NCBI GenBank assembly: GCA_964016885.1
Contig: OZ024753.1
Span: 10,230,001 to 10,294,000, forward strand
From: Eledone cirrhosa
Taxonomy: Eukaryota
Reading direction: 5' to 3'
Length of the DNA stretch: 64,000 nt
The notes beneath the pieces were generated by a model that saw only the letters and a program-made list of their open reading frames with translations, was not told where the DNA came from and did no database searches. Both the position numbers and the translations under genes were made by a program. Below, piece by piece: positions 1 through 10,867 of the stretch (position 1 is the stretch's first letter; each line of letters begins with the position of its first letter).

Positions 1-63
1 AGCTGGGGCCAACTGCAAGGCGTGTAGTACCTTTTTACCCCATCTTTTCGGAGGTTTAGGGTT
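1..63 (-). CDS. Possible internal exon of an unidentified gene running off the left edge
   Basis: The minus strand has a strong acceptor (ttcctttttattttgtctttgttgcag|AACC...) followed by GC-richer unique sequence. Two frames are open: TLNLRKDGVKRYYTPCSWPQ or NPKPPKRWGKKVLHALQLAPA. No donor lies within the window and the protein is not recognised. Confidence 0.35.
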
Positions 64-607
64 CTGCAACAAAGACAAAATAAAAAGGAACGATGAAATA
101 CTAAAAACATAGCTACTTGTTGGAAGAAAATAAACAACTTTTTAAATAATTAAAGAATAAACAGAGCTTATGAGAGCTAATCACTGGGATAAACGTTTGT
201 TAGAACGAAACAAAAAACAACAGAAAACAAAAATAACCAAACAAATATATTGAACAAACTAAGGATAAAAAAGGCTACACATGCTTCGAAGACAGATAAA
301 TTCTTTTATCTATTCTAGCCACTGGACTGTGGCAATGCTGGGCCACCGTCTTCAAGAGTATAGTCAATTTATAGTACCTATATTATCGAAAATGTATTAT
401 CTACACACACACACGCGTACACACGCACACACGCACACACGCACACACACACACACACACATATATTGAACGAACTAGACGTATGTCAATATTGTCTGGG
501 ATCCTGAAACCTTTGGTAATGGAGTAGTTATATTTTGGGTTCTAATTAAATAGCTCTGTATTAAACATAGAGCACTCTTTTTTCCTTTGCTTTTTCTTCG
601 GAAATAC

Positions 608-660
<53 letters not shown>

Positions 661-664
<4 letters not shown>

Positions 665-1071
665 TAATAATAATAAATTTGAAGACTAAAATCCAAAGAG
701 GGCTCGATAAGGATAAATATATATCAAATATATAAGAACCGTAGAGCAAATGTTTATTAAAATAACAGATTAAAGTTTAAGCAAAGAATCGCTGCTTTCA
801 CCCTTAACGGGATCTTCTGAAACTAACAAAGTCAATCTGTAAACGCAGAAGTGAATATTTCAAAAAACGTTGCAACCGGAGGAAGACAGTAAGACGATAT
901 CAGGAGTTTTAGGTATGTTTTCCTGCTTGGTACGGGTATGTTCTCCGGTTGCAACGTTTTTTGAAATATCCACTTCTGTGTTTACAGATTGACTTTGTTA
1001 GTTTCAGAAGATCCCGTTAAGGGTGAAAGCAGCGATTCTTTGCTTAAACTTTAATCTGTTATTTTAATAAA
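661..1071. mobile_element. Penelope-like (PLE) pLTR-derived inverted-repeat element, family A
   Basis: ~125-bp inverted arms (~755-880 vs ~943-1070) between (CA)n and (TA)n, each carrying a hammerhead-like motif. Related copies at 16128-16353 and 33624-34140. Confidence 0.7.
1000..1050 (+). ncRNA. Type I hammerhead-like ribozyme motif, CAGAAGA core variant
   Basis: agttt-CAGAAGA-t ccc gttaa ggg t-GAAA-gc(agcgattcttt)gc-TT-aaact; stem I agttt/aaact. Antisense copies at 774-824, 16240-16290 and 33735-33785. Confidence 0.6.
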
Positions 1072-1333
1072 TATATATATATATATATACATGTAGGGGA
1101 GTATAAGTCAGACCGACTAAAATAAGTTAATCTAACTCGTAATTATCTCCTTACCACGGTTTCTAGAACAAAGAAACAATACTGGCTGAGTGATATTTTA
1201 TCTCTATACTTTATCCATTCATTGAAAGTTGTCTAAGTATAAGACACAGATAATTTTTTTAAAATAATATATATATATATAAAATAATATTTAAAATAAT
1301 ATATATATATATAAAATATATATATAAAAGAAT

Positions 1334-1460
1334 CATTGTTTCCGAATAAGATAGTATGATCGAACCTATATATTATGTCTGATAGTATACAGTTCTCTAA
1401 CTGCTATAGATCAGTCCATATATCAATATGCTCAACCCTCCGAAACGATCGTAAAACAAG
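1334..1460 (+). ncRNA. Degenerate hammerhead motif
   Basis: ttgttt-CCGAATA...GAAA-cgatcg-TA-aaacaa; the 5' core is mutated. A related 3' half lies on the minus strand at ~58960-59015. Confidence 0.35.
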
Positions 1461-1614
1461 GAAAGGAATATGTAAAATAACTTGCCTTCGTTATTATTAT
1501 TATTTAACTAATATCTTATATATATATATATACTTGTGTATAATGGTAGCTATGGTGCTTCCATAGGCGGTATGCCAAAATTAGCACTCAATATTCCTAC
1601 AGAGTAGAGTGTGG

Positions 1615-1765
1615 ATAGTATAAAAAAAAACGAAAAATCAGTGATGCATCTGAACCCAGTATATTGCGTGCTACAATTATTTCGCCGGCACAGGTAGTTC
1701 GAGACATGATCACTGCAATATACTCGGTTCAGATGCATCACTGATTTTTTTTTATTTTTATACTA
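1615..1765. repeat. Short inverted-repeat (foldback) element flanked by TA repeats
   Basis: aaaaatcagtgatgcatctgaacccagtatattgc ... gcaatatactcggttcagatgcatcactgattttt. Confidence 0.65.
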
Positions 1766-2492
1766 TATATATATATAAAGTGAGATAGAGAATCAACCTG
1801 ACGATTGAACTGGTATTGACTTCGAAAGGTTGAAAGGCTCGTTGTGGTCTTGAACAAGATTTGAACCCAGAACTCAGAAATATTTTACTCGACATTCTAA
1901 CGCCTCTACCAATCCACTCCCCGCATTTAATTCAGGCACGAAGCCAGCATATTTCCTTCCCTCAATACTTTACTGGTATTTTATTTTATCTTCTTTCCCA
2001 GAAAGATGAAAGGCAAAGTTGACCGTGGTATTATTTGAACTCAGAATGACAAATATTCTGTCCAACGCTCGGCGGAATGAATACATAACATGTTTGAGAG
2101 CGTGGGTAAATTAGAGATAAAACATTATTATAGTGTAATGTTTTAGAAAAATAAAGGTTTGTTCACAGACAAGTAAAAAAAATTGAAAAAAATAAAAATG
2201 GACGTTTGAAAGAAAAACAAATAAAATTCCCCAAACTCTGAAAGTGAGAAATATATTTACAAAGGACATGTCAGAAAGTATACACAAAAGAATTCTCTTT
2301 TAGCTTTACCATTTAAATATCTTGATTTCTCATCAATGACAAATTGATGCTAACAAAATAAATAAGATTACATGGCAGATAGATATCAGGAGAAGTATGG
2401 AATGTAGACAGGAGCGGTGTTAACATTTAAGTCAACTAGGGCAACCTTCCGTAATACCAACTCTCTTGAGACAATGATGTATGAACTTGAGA

Positions 2493-2790
2493 GCTGGTAA
2501 GAGAAGTAGAGGCCGGCAGCCAAAACGATGGCTTGGTAATGTCAACTTATGGACTGGACTTGATCTTTGCTCTTTAAACACTGCTGTTGGTGATCGAAAG
2601 ATATGTATTCCTGGAAGGTTGGCTGGTAAGAGAAGCAGAGGTCGGCAGCCAAAACGATGGCTTGACAATGTCAACTTATGGACTGGACTTCATCTTTGCT
2701 CTTTGAACTCTGCTGCTGCTGGTGATCGAACTTTGTGGAGAGAGATATCACATGTTAAGGAGCAGTCTGCAACTGGCGGAGTTTAGCGTC
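2493..2790 (+). mobile_element. RTE-clade LINE 3' fragment, partially tandem-duplicated
   Basis: Encodes AGKRSRGRQPKRWL(D/G)NV twice; near-identical to the 3' end of the RTE fragment at 43540-44102. Confidence 0.85.
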
Positions 2791-2830
2791 ACACGAATAA
2801 TGGCAGCCTTCCAGGGTTCAGACCTCAGGT

Positions 2831-3345
2831 TGCGACACGTTTTCCGTCTCCAACTTAGTCGCTTCGGCCACAAACCCCGGCATCGCAGCCCGCCTCTCAG
2901 AAGAACGTAAAATAAACAAATACCGGGGTTTGTCTGGCCGCTTCCTCTTCGCTCCGGTCGCCGTCGAGACCTTAGGCATACTTGGACCCCGTACTGCTGA
3001 GCTCCTCCGCAAGATCGGGACGTTGACGGCCCGACTGTGAAAGGAGTCCCGGGATGTTGGGTGGCTGTTGCAGTGGGTATCGCTGGCCAGTAATCGTCCT
3101 GGGGAATGCTTTTGCCGTCTTGTCCGCGGGGCGCAGCACTTCTAGCCCTCTTGCCCTAGGCCCAAAGCCCAATCACCCTCCCCCTTCACCCCTCCGCTCT
3201 CTTCTGCGACACCAGAGCTCTTGCCATCCCCTCCCTTTCCCGTTCCTTTTCTTCTTTCTTCCTCTCTTTTTTTCTTTCTATATTTCCCTATTCTTTCTTT
3301 CCTTTTGTTTCCCATTTAAAAATTTTTTTTTACTAAATAAGGTTT
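2831..3345 (+). mobile_element. CRE-clade non-LTR retrotransposon 3' fragment (restriction-like endonuclease domain, pseudogenised)
   Basis: Manual translation: CDTFSVSNLVASATNPGIAARLSEERKINKYRGLSGRFLFAPVAVETLGILGP...KIG...*...VSLA/IVLGNAFAVL. This matches the DT..AA..E..K..KY..F.P.A.ET.G..G....GNA pattern of CRE RLE domains. One stop and one frameshift. Confidence 0.75.
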
Positions 3346-3581
3346 GTTTTTGCTTTTGAATAAATTCACATTAACAACTACGTTACTGATGATATTGCAG
3401 GTAGATATTACTAGAAGTATAGAAGGTAGATAGGGCTGGTGCTACCATTTAAGACAACTAGGGTAGCCTTGCAGGGGCCAGACCTCAGACAATCACATTA
3501 CTGGTGATGATAGTCTTATACAAATTTGTATAATTTACTTAAATATATAACAATTTCTTAAGATCCTTATATACGCCATTC

Positions 3582-3802
3582 GGGCAACGGATTGGCAGTA
3601 TTGGTAGAGGATCGGACGCCATGTTTTGCAGCATAGAATTACGTCCCTTTATGATCTGAGTTCAAATCCCGCCGAGGTTAACTTTGCCTTTCTTCCTTAC
3701 GGCGTCGATAAAATAAAGTACCAATCATGCACTGGGGTTGATTTAATCGACTTTCCCCTCCCCCAAAATTGCTGGCCTTGTGCCTATATAAGAAACCATT
3801 AT
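3582..3802 (+). mobile_element. tRNA-derived SINE with Meta-type central domain (long variant)
   Basis: A-box-like tggcagtattggtag, B-box gagttcaaatccc, core ctttgcctttcatccttacggggtcgataaaataaagtacca, (att)n tail. ~25 copies or fragments in the window. Confidence 0.85.
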
Positions 3803-3869
3803 AAACACCATTAAACATCTTTGCTGCATGGAGAGAGCTATTTAGCGTTGTGACTTGTTACAGCGGTCT

Positions 3870-4028
3870 AGTCTGCGGGGCGCAGCCCCTTTACCGCCGC
3901 GCCCAAGGCCCAGAGACAACTCATCCCTCGTCCCCACTCTTCTGTGACACTAGAGTCCTTTCCATTCCCTCCCTTTTCAGGTTCCTTTTTTTTTCTTTTT
4001 CTATTAAACTGTATTTACATGATATATT

Positions 4029-4033
<5 letters not shown>
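3870..4033 (+). mobile_element. CRE-like LINE extreme 3' fragment
   Basis: Homologous to ~3120-3250 and 12780-12970; ends in ...tttacatgatatattcca followed by (TA)n. Confidence 0.65.
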
Positions 4034-4084
<51 letters not shown>

Positions 4085-4206
4085 ATAAAATAACTTATAT
4101 ATAAAACGCCAGCACCAACAGTTTTGCAAGAGATGTCAACATGACTGGACATTTTTTTCCAATTCCACCCTGCCCGTCCCCTCAATCTATCTTATTTCCC
4201 ATTCTT

Positions 4207-4242
4207 TCTTCTGATGAAGGACTAGCGTCTGAAACGTTAAAA
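4207..4242 (+). ncRNA. Minimal type I hammerhead motif (family B)
   Basis: tctt-CTGATGA-a ggac tagc gtct-GAAA-cg-TT-aaaa. Better copies at 19483-19518 (+) and 20740-20775 (-); degenerate copy at ~15458. Confidence 0.7.
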
Positions 4243-4400
4243 CCCTCTTCCTGCTATATCAAGCGTTAACCTAATATATCCCTTCCTTCTGTTTACCTTT
4301 TACATACATACATACATACATACACATGTATATATATATATATCTGTATGTATGTATGTATGTATGTATGTATGTATGTATGTATGTATGTATGTATTTA

Positions 4401-4980
4401 TTGGTGCTACTGGTAACATGTATCCCAGTACAACCTGTCCCATGGTCGGGTCGTTGGCGACTAAACTGGCAACCCCACGAAGGTTTCTTGGTGAGGAGGG
4501 TGACTTTGGACATTCTGCAGGACTAAAAACAAAACCTGTCAAAGGGCAAAGGAGCTCTTAAGAGTCAATGGCCATCCAAAATCACCGGGAGAGATGACCC
4601 CTTAGCTTTTGTCAAGGCAGAATTCTAGGAGAAGGAAAACTCTGATATAACACCTGCAACCCTGATGGTGTCCAATGATGTTGACTTGTTCTTCTTTTTG
4701 TTAAATATCATCTTGGTTGAGAGAGTGGGACCGGCTTTGTGCAGTGCCTTTGCTCACTATAAAAGCTTCACGGCACAGGCATTGCTTTATATCTGGAGAT
4801 CTCTCTGCACTTGTCAGCACATGGTACCATGGGCCCAGCGTCACAAATGTAGTGTTTGTACCAGAGTTTTCAAGTCGCTGGCTGGACTAAAAAGTCACAC
4901 TTGTTCAGCACATCGGTAGGGGTTCTCCTACATGGATATAAAGTAGTGGCCGTACTCGAAAACGAGTTGGCAGCCACCAT
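4401..4980 (+). mobile_element. Non-autonomous bipartite RTE derivative (5'UTR fused to 3' end)
   Basis: RTE-like 5'UTR motifs (ctggcaacccc, ggagaaggaaaactctga) joined to a C-terminal zinc-finger remnant CSVCTRVFKSLAGLKSHT.SAHR* and a short 3'UTR. Near-identical copy at 61437-62044. Confidence 0.7.
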
Positions 4981-5232
4981 ATATTTACTAAAAAGAAACA
5001 TATAGAAACCTCATTATTATTCTTTAGAACAATCTTGGCAAATAGAAGAAACAAAATTTGACGTGAGATGTTTCCCTATTAATTATGACATCATCAACGA
5101 GGTGAAGATAAACATCGCCATACTTAATTTTATACAATTATATGTCATTCCAATCGTTCCAATTCTTTTATCAACTCTCTATATATATTTCAAACCAACA
5201 ATAGCAATAAAATTGCTAAAGTTATCGTTGTT

Positions 5233-5304
5233 GGGGATGTAGCTCAGTGGTAAAGCGTTTGCTTCGCATGTGAAAGGCCCCGGGTTCAATCCCCGATATC
5301 TCCA
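5233..5304 (+). tRNA. tRNA-Ala(CGC), possibly a pseudogene
   Basis: GGGGATGTAGCTCAGTGGTAAAGCGTTTGCTTCGCATGTGAAAGGCCCCGGGTTCAATCCCCGATATCTCCA, 72 nt. G3:U70 alanine identity pair, CGC anticodon, downstream T-runs. C-A mismatches in the D and T stems. Confidence 0.8.
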
Positions 5305-5680
5305 GTTTTATGTATTTTTTAAAAAAATATTGACTTTCTTTTGTCACGAAAGTATTGCTGACGATAGCTGAATGTTTTGAACTAAGCTGCAAATTTTATT
5401 TCAGTTATTAATTCACACGGTTCATTCATTGGACTGCGGCCATGCTGTAGCACTGCATTCAATATATATTTAATTTAATAATTTCTTTATTACAACATTC
5501 TACGTGGAGATGCTTCAATCCTCTAATTTTCCTATCGTCGTCCTCGTCTTCTCACTTCGGTCATCTCCGTATTACATCTTTATTCATTTAAATCAATTAT
5601 AATAAGCCCCCCCCCCCCCCCCGCCTCCTCCGCCGATATTTTCTATAATCATTATCCCCTAAATTACGATGACTTTGTTC

Positions 5681-7590
5681 TTACTAGCTCTATACGGACG
5701 TTTAAATTAATTAAATAAATAAATAACTATATCCCTATTGTATCTCCTGTTGCCCTGATAGAGACCTAGGCTGTCATGACTTACTAGCTCTATACGGACG
5801 TTAAATAAATAACTATACCCCTCTCGTATCTCCTGTTGCCCTGATAGAAACCTAGTTTGCCATGGCTTACTAGCTCTATACGGACGTTAAATAAATAACT
5901 ATACCCCTCTCGTATCTCCTGTTGTCCTGATAGAAACCTAGTTTGCCATGGCTTACTAGCTCTATACGGACGTTAAATAAATAACTATACCCCTCTCGTA
6001 TCTCCTGTTGTCCTGATAGAAACCTAGTTTGCCATGGCTTACTAGCTCTATACGGACGTTAAATAAATAACTATACCCCTCTCGTATCTCCTGTTGTCCT
6101 GATAGAAACCTAGTTTGCCATGGCTTACTAGCTCTATACGGACGTTAAATAAATAACTATACCCCTCTCGTATCTCCTGTTGTCCTGATAGAAACCTAGT
6201 TTGCCATGGCTTACTAGCTCTATACGGACGTTAAATAAATAACTATACCCCTCTCGTATCTCCTGTTGTCCTGATAGAAACCTAGTTTGCCATGGCTTAC
6301 TAGCTCTATACGGACGTTTAAATTGATTAAATAAATAAATAACTATACTCCTCTCGTAGAAATCTAGTCTGTCCTGACTTACTAGCTCTAAACGGACGTT
6401 TAAATAAATACCTGTACCCCTCTCGTATCTCCTGTTGTCCTGATAGAAACCTAGTTTGCCATGGCTTACTAGCTCTATGCGGACGTCTTTTGTTTCTCAA
6501 CTGTAAGAAGTACTAGGTACTTCCCCTACTCTGTCATGGCTTACTAGCTCTATACGGACGTCTTTTGTTTCTCAACTGTAAGAAGTACTAGATACTTCCC
6601 CTACTCTGCAATGGCTTACTAGCTCTATACGGACGTCTTTTGTTTCTCAACTGTAAGAAGTACTAGGTACTTCCCCTACTCTGCCATGGCTTACTAGCTC
6701 TATACGGACGTCTTTTGTTTCTCAACTGTAAGAAGTACTAGGTACTTCCCCTACTCTGCCATGGCTTACTAGCTCTATACGGACGTCTTTTGTTTCTCAA
6801 CTGTAAGAAGTACTAGATACTTCCCCTACTCTGTCATGGCTTACTAGCTCTATACGGACGTCTTTTGTTTCTCAACTGTAAGAAGTACTAGATACTTCCC
6901 CTACTCTACCATGGCTTACTAGCTCTATACGGACGTCTTTTGTTTCTCAACTGTAAGAAGTACTAGATACTTCCCCTACTCTACCATGGCTTACTAGCTC
7001 TATACGGACGTCTTTTGTTTCTCAACTGTAAGAAGTACTAGGTACTTCCCCTACTCTGCCATGGCTTACTAGCTCTATACGGACGTCTTTTGTTTCTCAA
7101 CTGTAAGAAGTACTAGATACTTCCCCTACTCTACCATGGCTTACTAGCTCTATACGGACGTCTTTTGTTTCTCAACTGTAAGAAGTACGAGACACTTCCC
7201 CTACTCTACCATGGCTTACTAGCTCTATACGGACGTCTTTTGTTTCTCAACTGTAAGAAGTACTAGATACTTCCCCTACTCTGCAATGGCTTACTAGCTC
7301 TATACGGACGTCTTTTGTTTCTCAACTGTAAGAAGTACTAGATACTTCCCCTACTCTACCATGGCTTACTAGCTCTATACGGACGTCTTTTGTTTCTCAA
7401 CTGTAAGAAGTACTAGACACTTCCCCTAGTCAGCCATGTTTTACTAGCTCTATACGGACGTTTAAAAAAATAACTATACCCCTCTCGTATCTCCTGTTGC
7501 CTTGATCGAAATCAAGACTGTCATGACTTACTAGCTCTATACGGACGTTAAAATAAATAACCATACTCCTACCGCATCTCCTGTTGTCAT
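5681..7590. repeat. Composite minisatellite: constant 20-bp core with two alternative unit types (~86 bp and 75 bp)
   Basis: ttactagctctatacggacg occurs 24 times: 9 type-A units, then 13 type-B units (75 bp), then 2 type-A units. Confidence 0.92.
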
Positions 7591-7901
7591 TATAGAATCT
7601 CGTCCTATATCATTTGATCATTATTCAACCATTTAAATCCTCTCCCAATATTTTCTTAATGCAATTATTTAGCAGTTATTATTCTAGTTATTATTAATTA
7701 TTTATTTAACCATTTATCCATTTAGTTAACCTTTAAGTTAACACATCCTTCACAACTCCACCTCTTAATAAGTACCCGTCTCTAGTACCATGTGTATTAC
7801 TGAAACTACACCCATATCAACGTTTCATACCATAGTATCGTTATCACCCTCGTTTTCTCATCCTATTTATCTTAGTTTTTTTTCCACATACTCCTACGTT
7901 A

Positions 7902-7907
7902 TATACT

Positions 7908-7992
<85 letters not shown>

Positions 7993-8034
7993 ACTTATAA
8001 AATATATATATATATATATACATGTATACATGTA

Positions 8035-8066
<32 letters not shown>

Positions 8067-8136
8067 CATGTGTATATATATATATATATATACATGTGTA
8101 TTTATGTATATATATATATATATATATACATGTGTA

Positions 8137-8213
<77 letters not shown>

Positions 8214-8299
8214 ATATATATATACATACATGTATATATATATATATACATACATGTATATATATATATATACATACATGTATATATATATATATATAT

Positions 8300-8353
<54 letters not shown>

Positions 8354-8369
8354 ATATATATATATATAT

Positions 8370-8439
<70 letters not shown>

Positions 8440-8440
8440 A
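7902..8440. repeat. (TA)n/(TACATG)-interrupted microsatellite, representative of dozens of simple repeats
   Basis: Visible directly; source of the YIYI-type ORFs. Similar tracts at 17.1-18.0, 22.7-24.6, 27.2-27.9, 32.1-32.5, 40.8-42.1, 48.1-49.8 and 59.4-59.9 kb. Confidence 0.95.
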
Positions 8441-8759
8441 TTATGAATAAATATTAATGTATACAATGGTTTTTAATTTCCACAAAGCCAATAATTTTAT
8501 CGACCTGGGGAGGTCGAAAGGCAAAGTTGATGACAGCGTGATTTGAACTCGGGACGTAAAGAGTTCAAAACAAAATACGCCAAGTCATTTCGCCCCGACG
8601 CTCTGCCAACCCAAACATACAAGAATAAATAAAGTGAAGAATTATTTCACTTTAAATTTATCAGTTTCTTTGTGTGATTAAACCCGAGTGATATTTCGTA
8701 ACCTTAGTTTTTAATATATTAATTTTTGTATGGGAATCGTTCGTTGACATGTATTTTAT

Positions 8760-9048
8760 TCGTTTTCGTTACCACATATGTTCGTTACCAAATTACTGGG
8801 AAATCACCAAAAGATGGTTTTCGTTACCACATATATTCGTTACCAAGTTACTGGGGAAAATCATTAAAAAAAACAACATGGTTTTCATTACCAAATTACT
8901 GGGAAATCATCTAAACCATAGTTTTCATTACCACATATATTCGTTACTAAATTATTGAGAAATCATAAAAAAAATACATGGTTTCGTTACCAAATTACTA
9001 GGAAATCATAAAAAAACATAGTTTCGTTACCAAATATGTTCGTTACCA
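8760..9048. repeat. Degenerate tandem repeat (ttcgttacca...ttactgggaaatca)
   Basis: Recurrent ttcgttacca/ttcattacca motifs, about ten copies, with ~60-bp periodicity. Confidence 0.7.
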
Positions 9049-9466
9049 GAATCTCTAGTCTAATATGACGGAGACCATGGGTTAATGTCACAGATTAAAC
9101 ATCATTCCAGGAATATGTTAAGAAAAAATAAAGGTTCGTTCTCAGACTAGGAAAGGAAGCGTGATTGAAAGAAAAACAAATAAGATTCGCCAATCTTTGA
9201 AAGTGTGAAATATATTTACAAAGGACATGTCAAAAGAAGACAAGAGAATTCCTTTTTAGTTTTCCACTTCAAATATCTTGATTTCTCATCAATGACAAAT
9301 AGAAACTAACAAAATAAATAAGACTAGAATAGAGACGAGGGCCTTTATATGGACATATAGTTCAGTGGTAGACACTCTTCTTTACATGTAATAACGGTAC
9401 GTTTATTGGGACATATAGGCAGCGAATTAGCAGAGTCGGTAGAACATCGGATAGAATGCTCTACAG

Positions 9467-9728
9467 CAGGCATGTGAAACTGAGGCCCCCCCCCCCGAGG
9501 GCCACATGGATCATATATGTGTTGTCTGAGGGCCACATGGGTCATATATGTGTTGTCTGAGGGCCACACACGACAACTATTTGCGCACATTACAACTATT
9601 TAAAAAAATTCTATATTACGAAGATAAAATAATGTTCGCGCTGTAAAAACATTTGTGCGGGCCGCCCGCAGTTGTGCTTGTAAAGGGCCGTATGTGGCCC
9701 TCGGGCCGCATGTCTGACATGCCTCCTG
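9467..9728. mobile_element. hAT-like MITE nested inside a Meta-SINE
   Basis: TIR-like caggcatgtgaaac...tgtctgacatgcct with GGCCC-rich subterminal motifs. It interrupts the SINE (9417-9850) at gaatgct.tac. Confidence 0.6.
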
Positions 9729-10017
9729 CTTTATGTTATTCGTTCCAGCTCTCTGCTCTGTGAGTTCAAATCCCACCAAGGTTAACTTTACCTTTTACCC
9801 TTTCGAGGTCGATAAAAAAAAGTACCAGTCTAGTACTGGGTAGATTCTTCATCTGTGTCTCTTTCTCATTTCCTTTCTCTATCACTTTCTGTCTTTCTCG
9901 GAGTAGATCGGCTGTACTCGGGCCTGGAAAGGGATGGGCTCCGCCAGGCTTAAATTGAACAAGTAACGTCGTATGTCAATACGGCGGCCCTAAGAGTCTA
10001 TCAGGAGTTACGGGACC

Positions 10018-10530
10018 AACACCACCACCACCAGCACCACTACCAACAACACCACCACCAGCACCACTACCAACAACACCACCACCAGCACCACTACCAA
10101 CAACACCACCACCAGCACCACTACCAACAACACCACCACCAGCACCACTACCAACAACACCACCACCAGCACCACTACCACTAACACCACCACCAACAAC
10201 ACCACGACCACGACCACCAGCACCACTACCAACACCACCACCACCAACAACACCATCACCAACAACACCATCACCATCAGCACCACTGCCACCACCACCA
10301 CCACTACCAGCACCACTACCAACAACACCACCACCAACAACACCATCACCACCAGCACCACCACCACCACTAGCAGCACCACTACCAACAACACCACCAC
10401 CACCAGCACCACTACCAACAACACCACCACCACCAGCACCACTACCAACAACAACACCACTCCAACCACCACCACAACCACCACCACCAACACCACAACC
10501 CCAACCACCACCACTACCATCATCAACAAC
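10018..10530. repeat. (ACC)n-type degenerate trinucleotide array with a 27-bp period
   Basis: Units of accaccaccagcaccactaccaacaac; similar arrays at 42495-43080 and 57305-58440. Confidence 0.9.
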
Positions 10531-10821
10531 TATAAAAACGACAAAAAGATGATGAAAAAAATAAAAAAAATAAAAAAAAGACGAAGAAGAAAAAGAATGA
10601 AGAAACACAACAAAAACAACAACGTTTCAGAATTTTGCCCCCCCCTCCTACCCCCGCCACCGCCAAATAACTCAACATAAAATTGTCTAAGTGTAATTTT
10701 CCAGCCCATTAAGCAGTCATCAGATATACCATTTTATCGTCATCTTCATTAGATTAGGAACATTAGAGAAAACAAACTAAAATAATTCAAAAAAACGAAA
10801 AAAAAAAAATAATAATAATAA

Positions 10822-10867
<46 letters not shown>

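Noticed and set aside
5830-5870. Hammerhead in the 86-bp unit (CTGATA GAAA cctagt TT)
   Set aside because: No stem II, an incomplete CUGANGA, and stem I arms that do not pair.
6466-7440. Coding repeat or micro-exon array in the 75-bp units
   Set aside because: The three plus-strand frames and the minus-strand frames checked all hit stops. The putative 31-nt exon is frame-shifting and the 44-nt intron is implausibly short.
5681-7590. CRISPR array
   Set aside because: The spacers are repeated copies of two sequences rather than unique, there are no cas genes, and the context is eukaryotic.
7790-8466. Long [12 protein letters not shown] ORFs here and throughout the ORF track
   Set aside because: They are translations of dinucleotide and tetranucleotide microsatellites that lack stops by composition; there is no protein-like complexity.
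9976-10608. Gly/Val-rich or Pro/Thr-rich ORFs (also 42452-43123 and 57244-58497) resembling structural or mucin proteins
   Set aside because: They are (ACC)n-derived low-complexity repeats open in several frames on both strands, with no signal peptide or convincing splice context.
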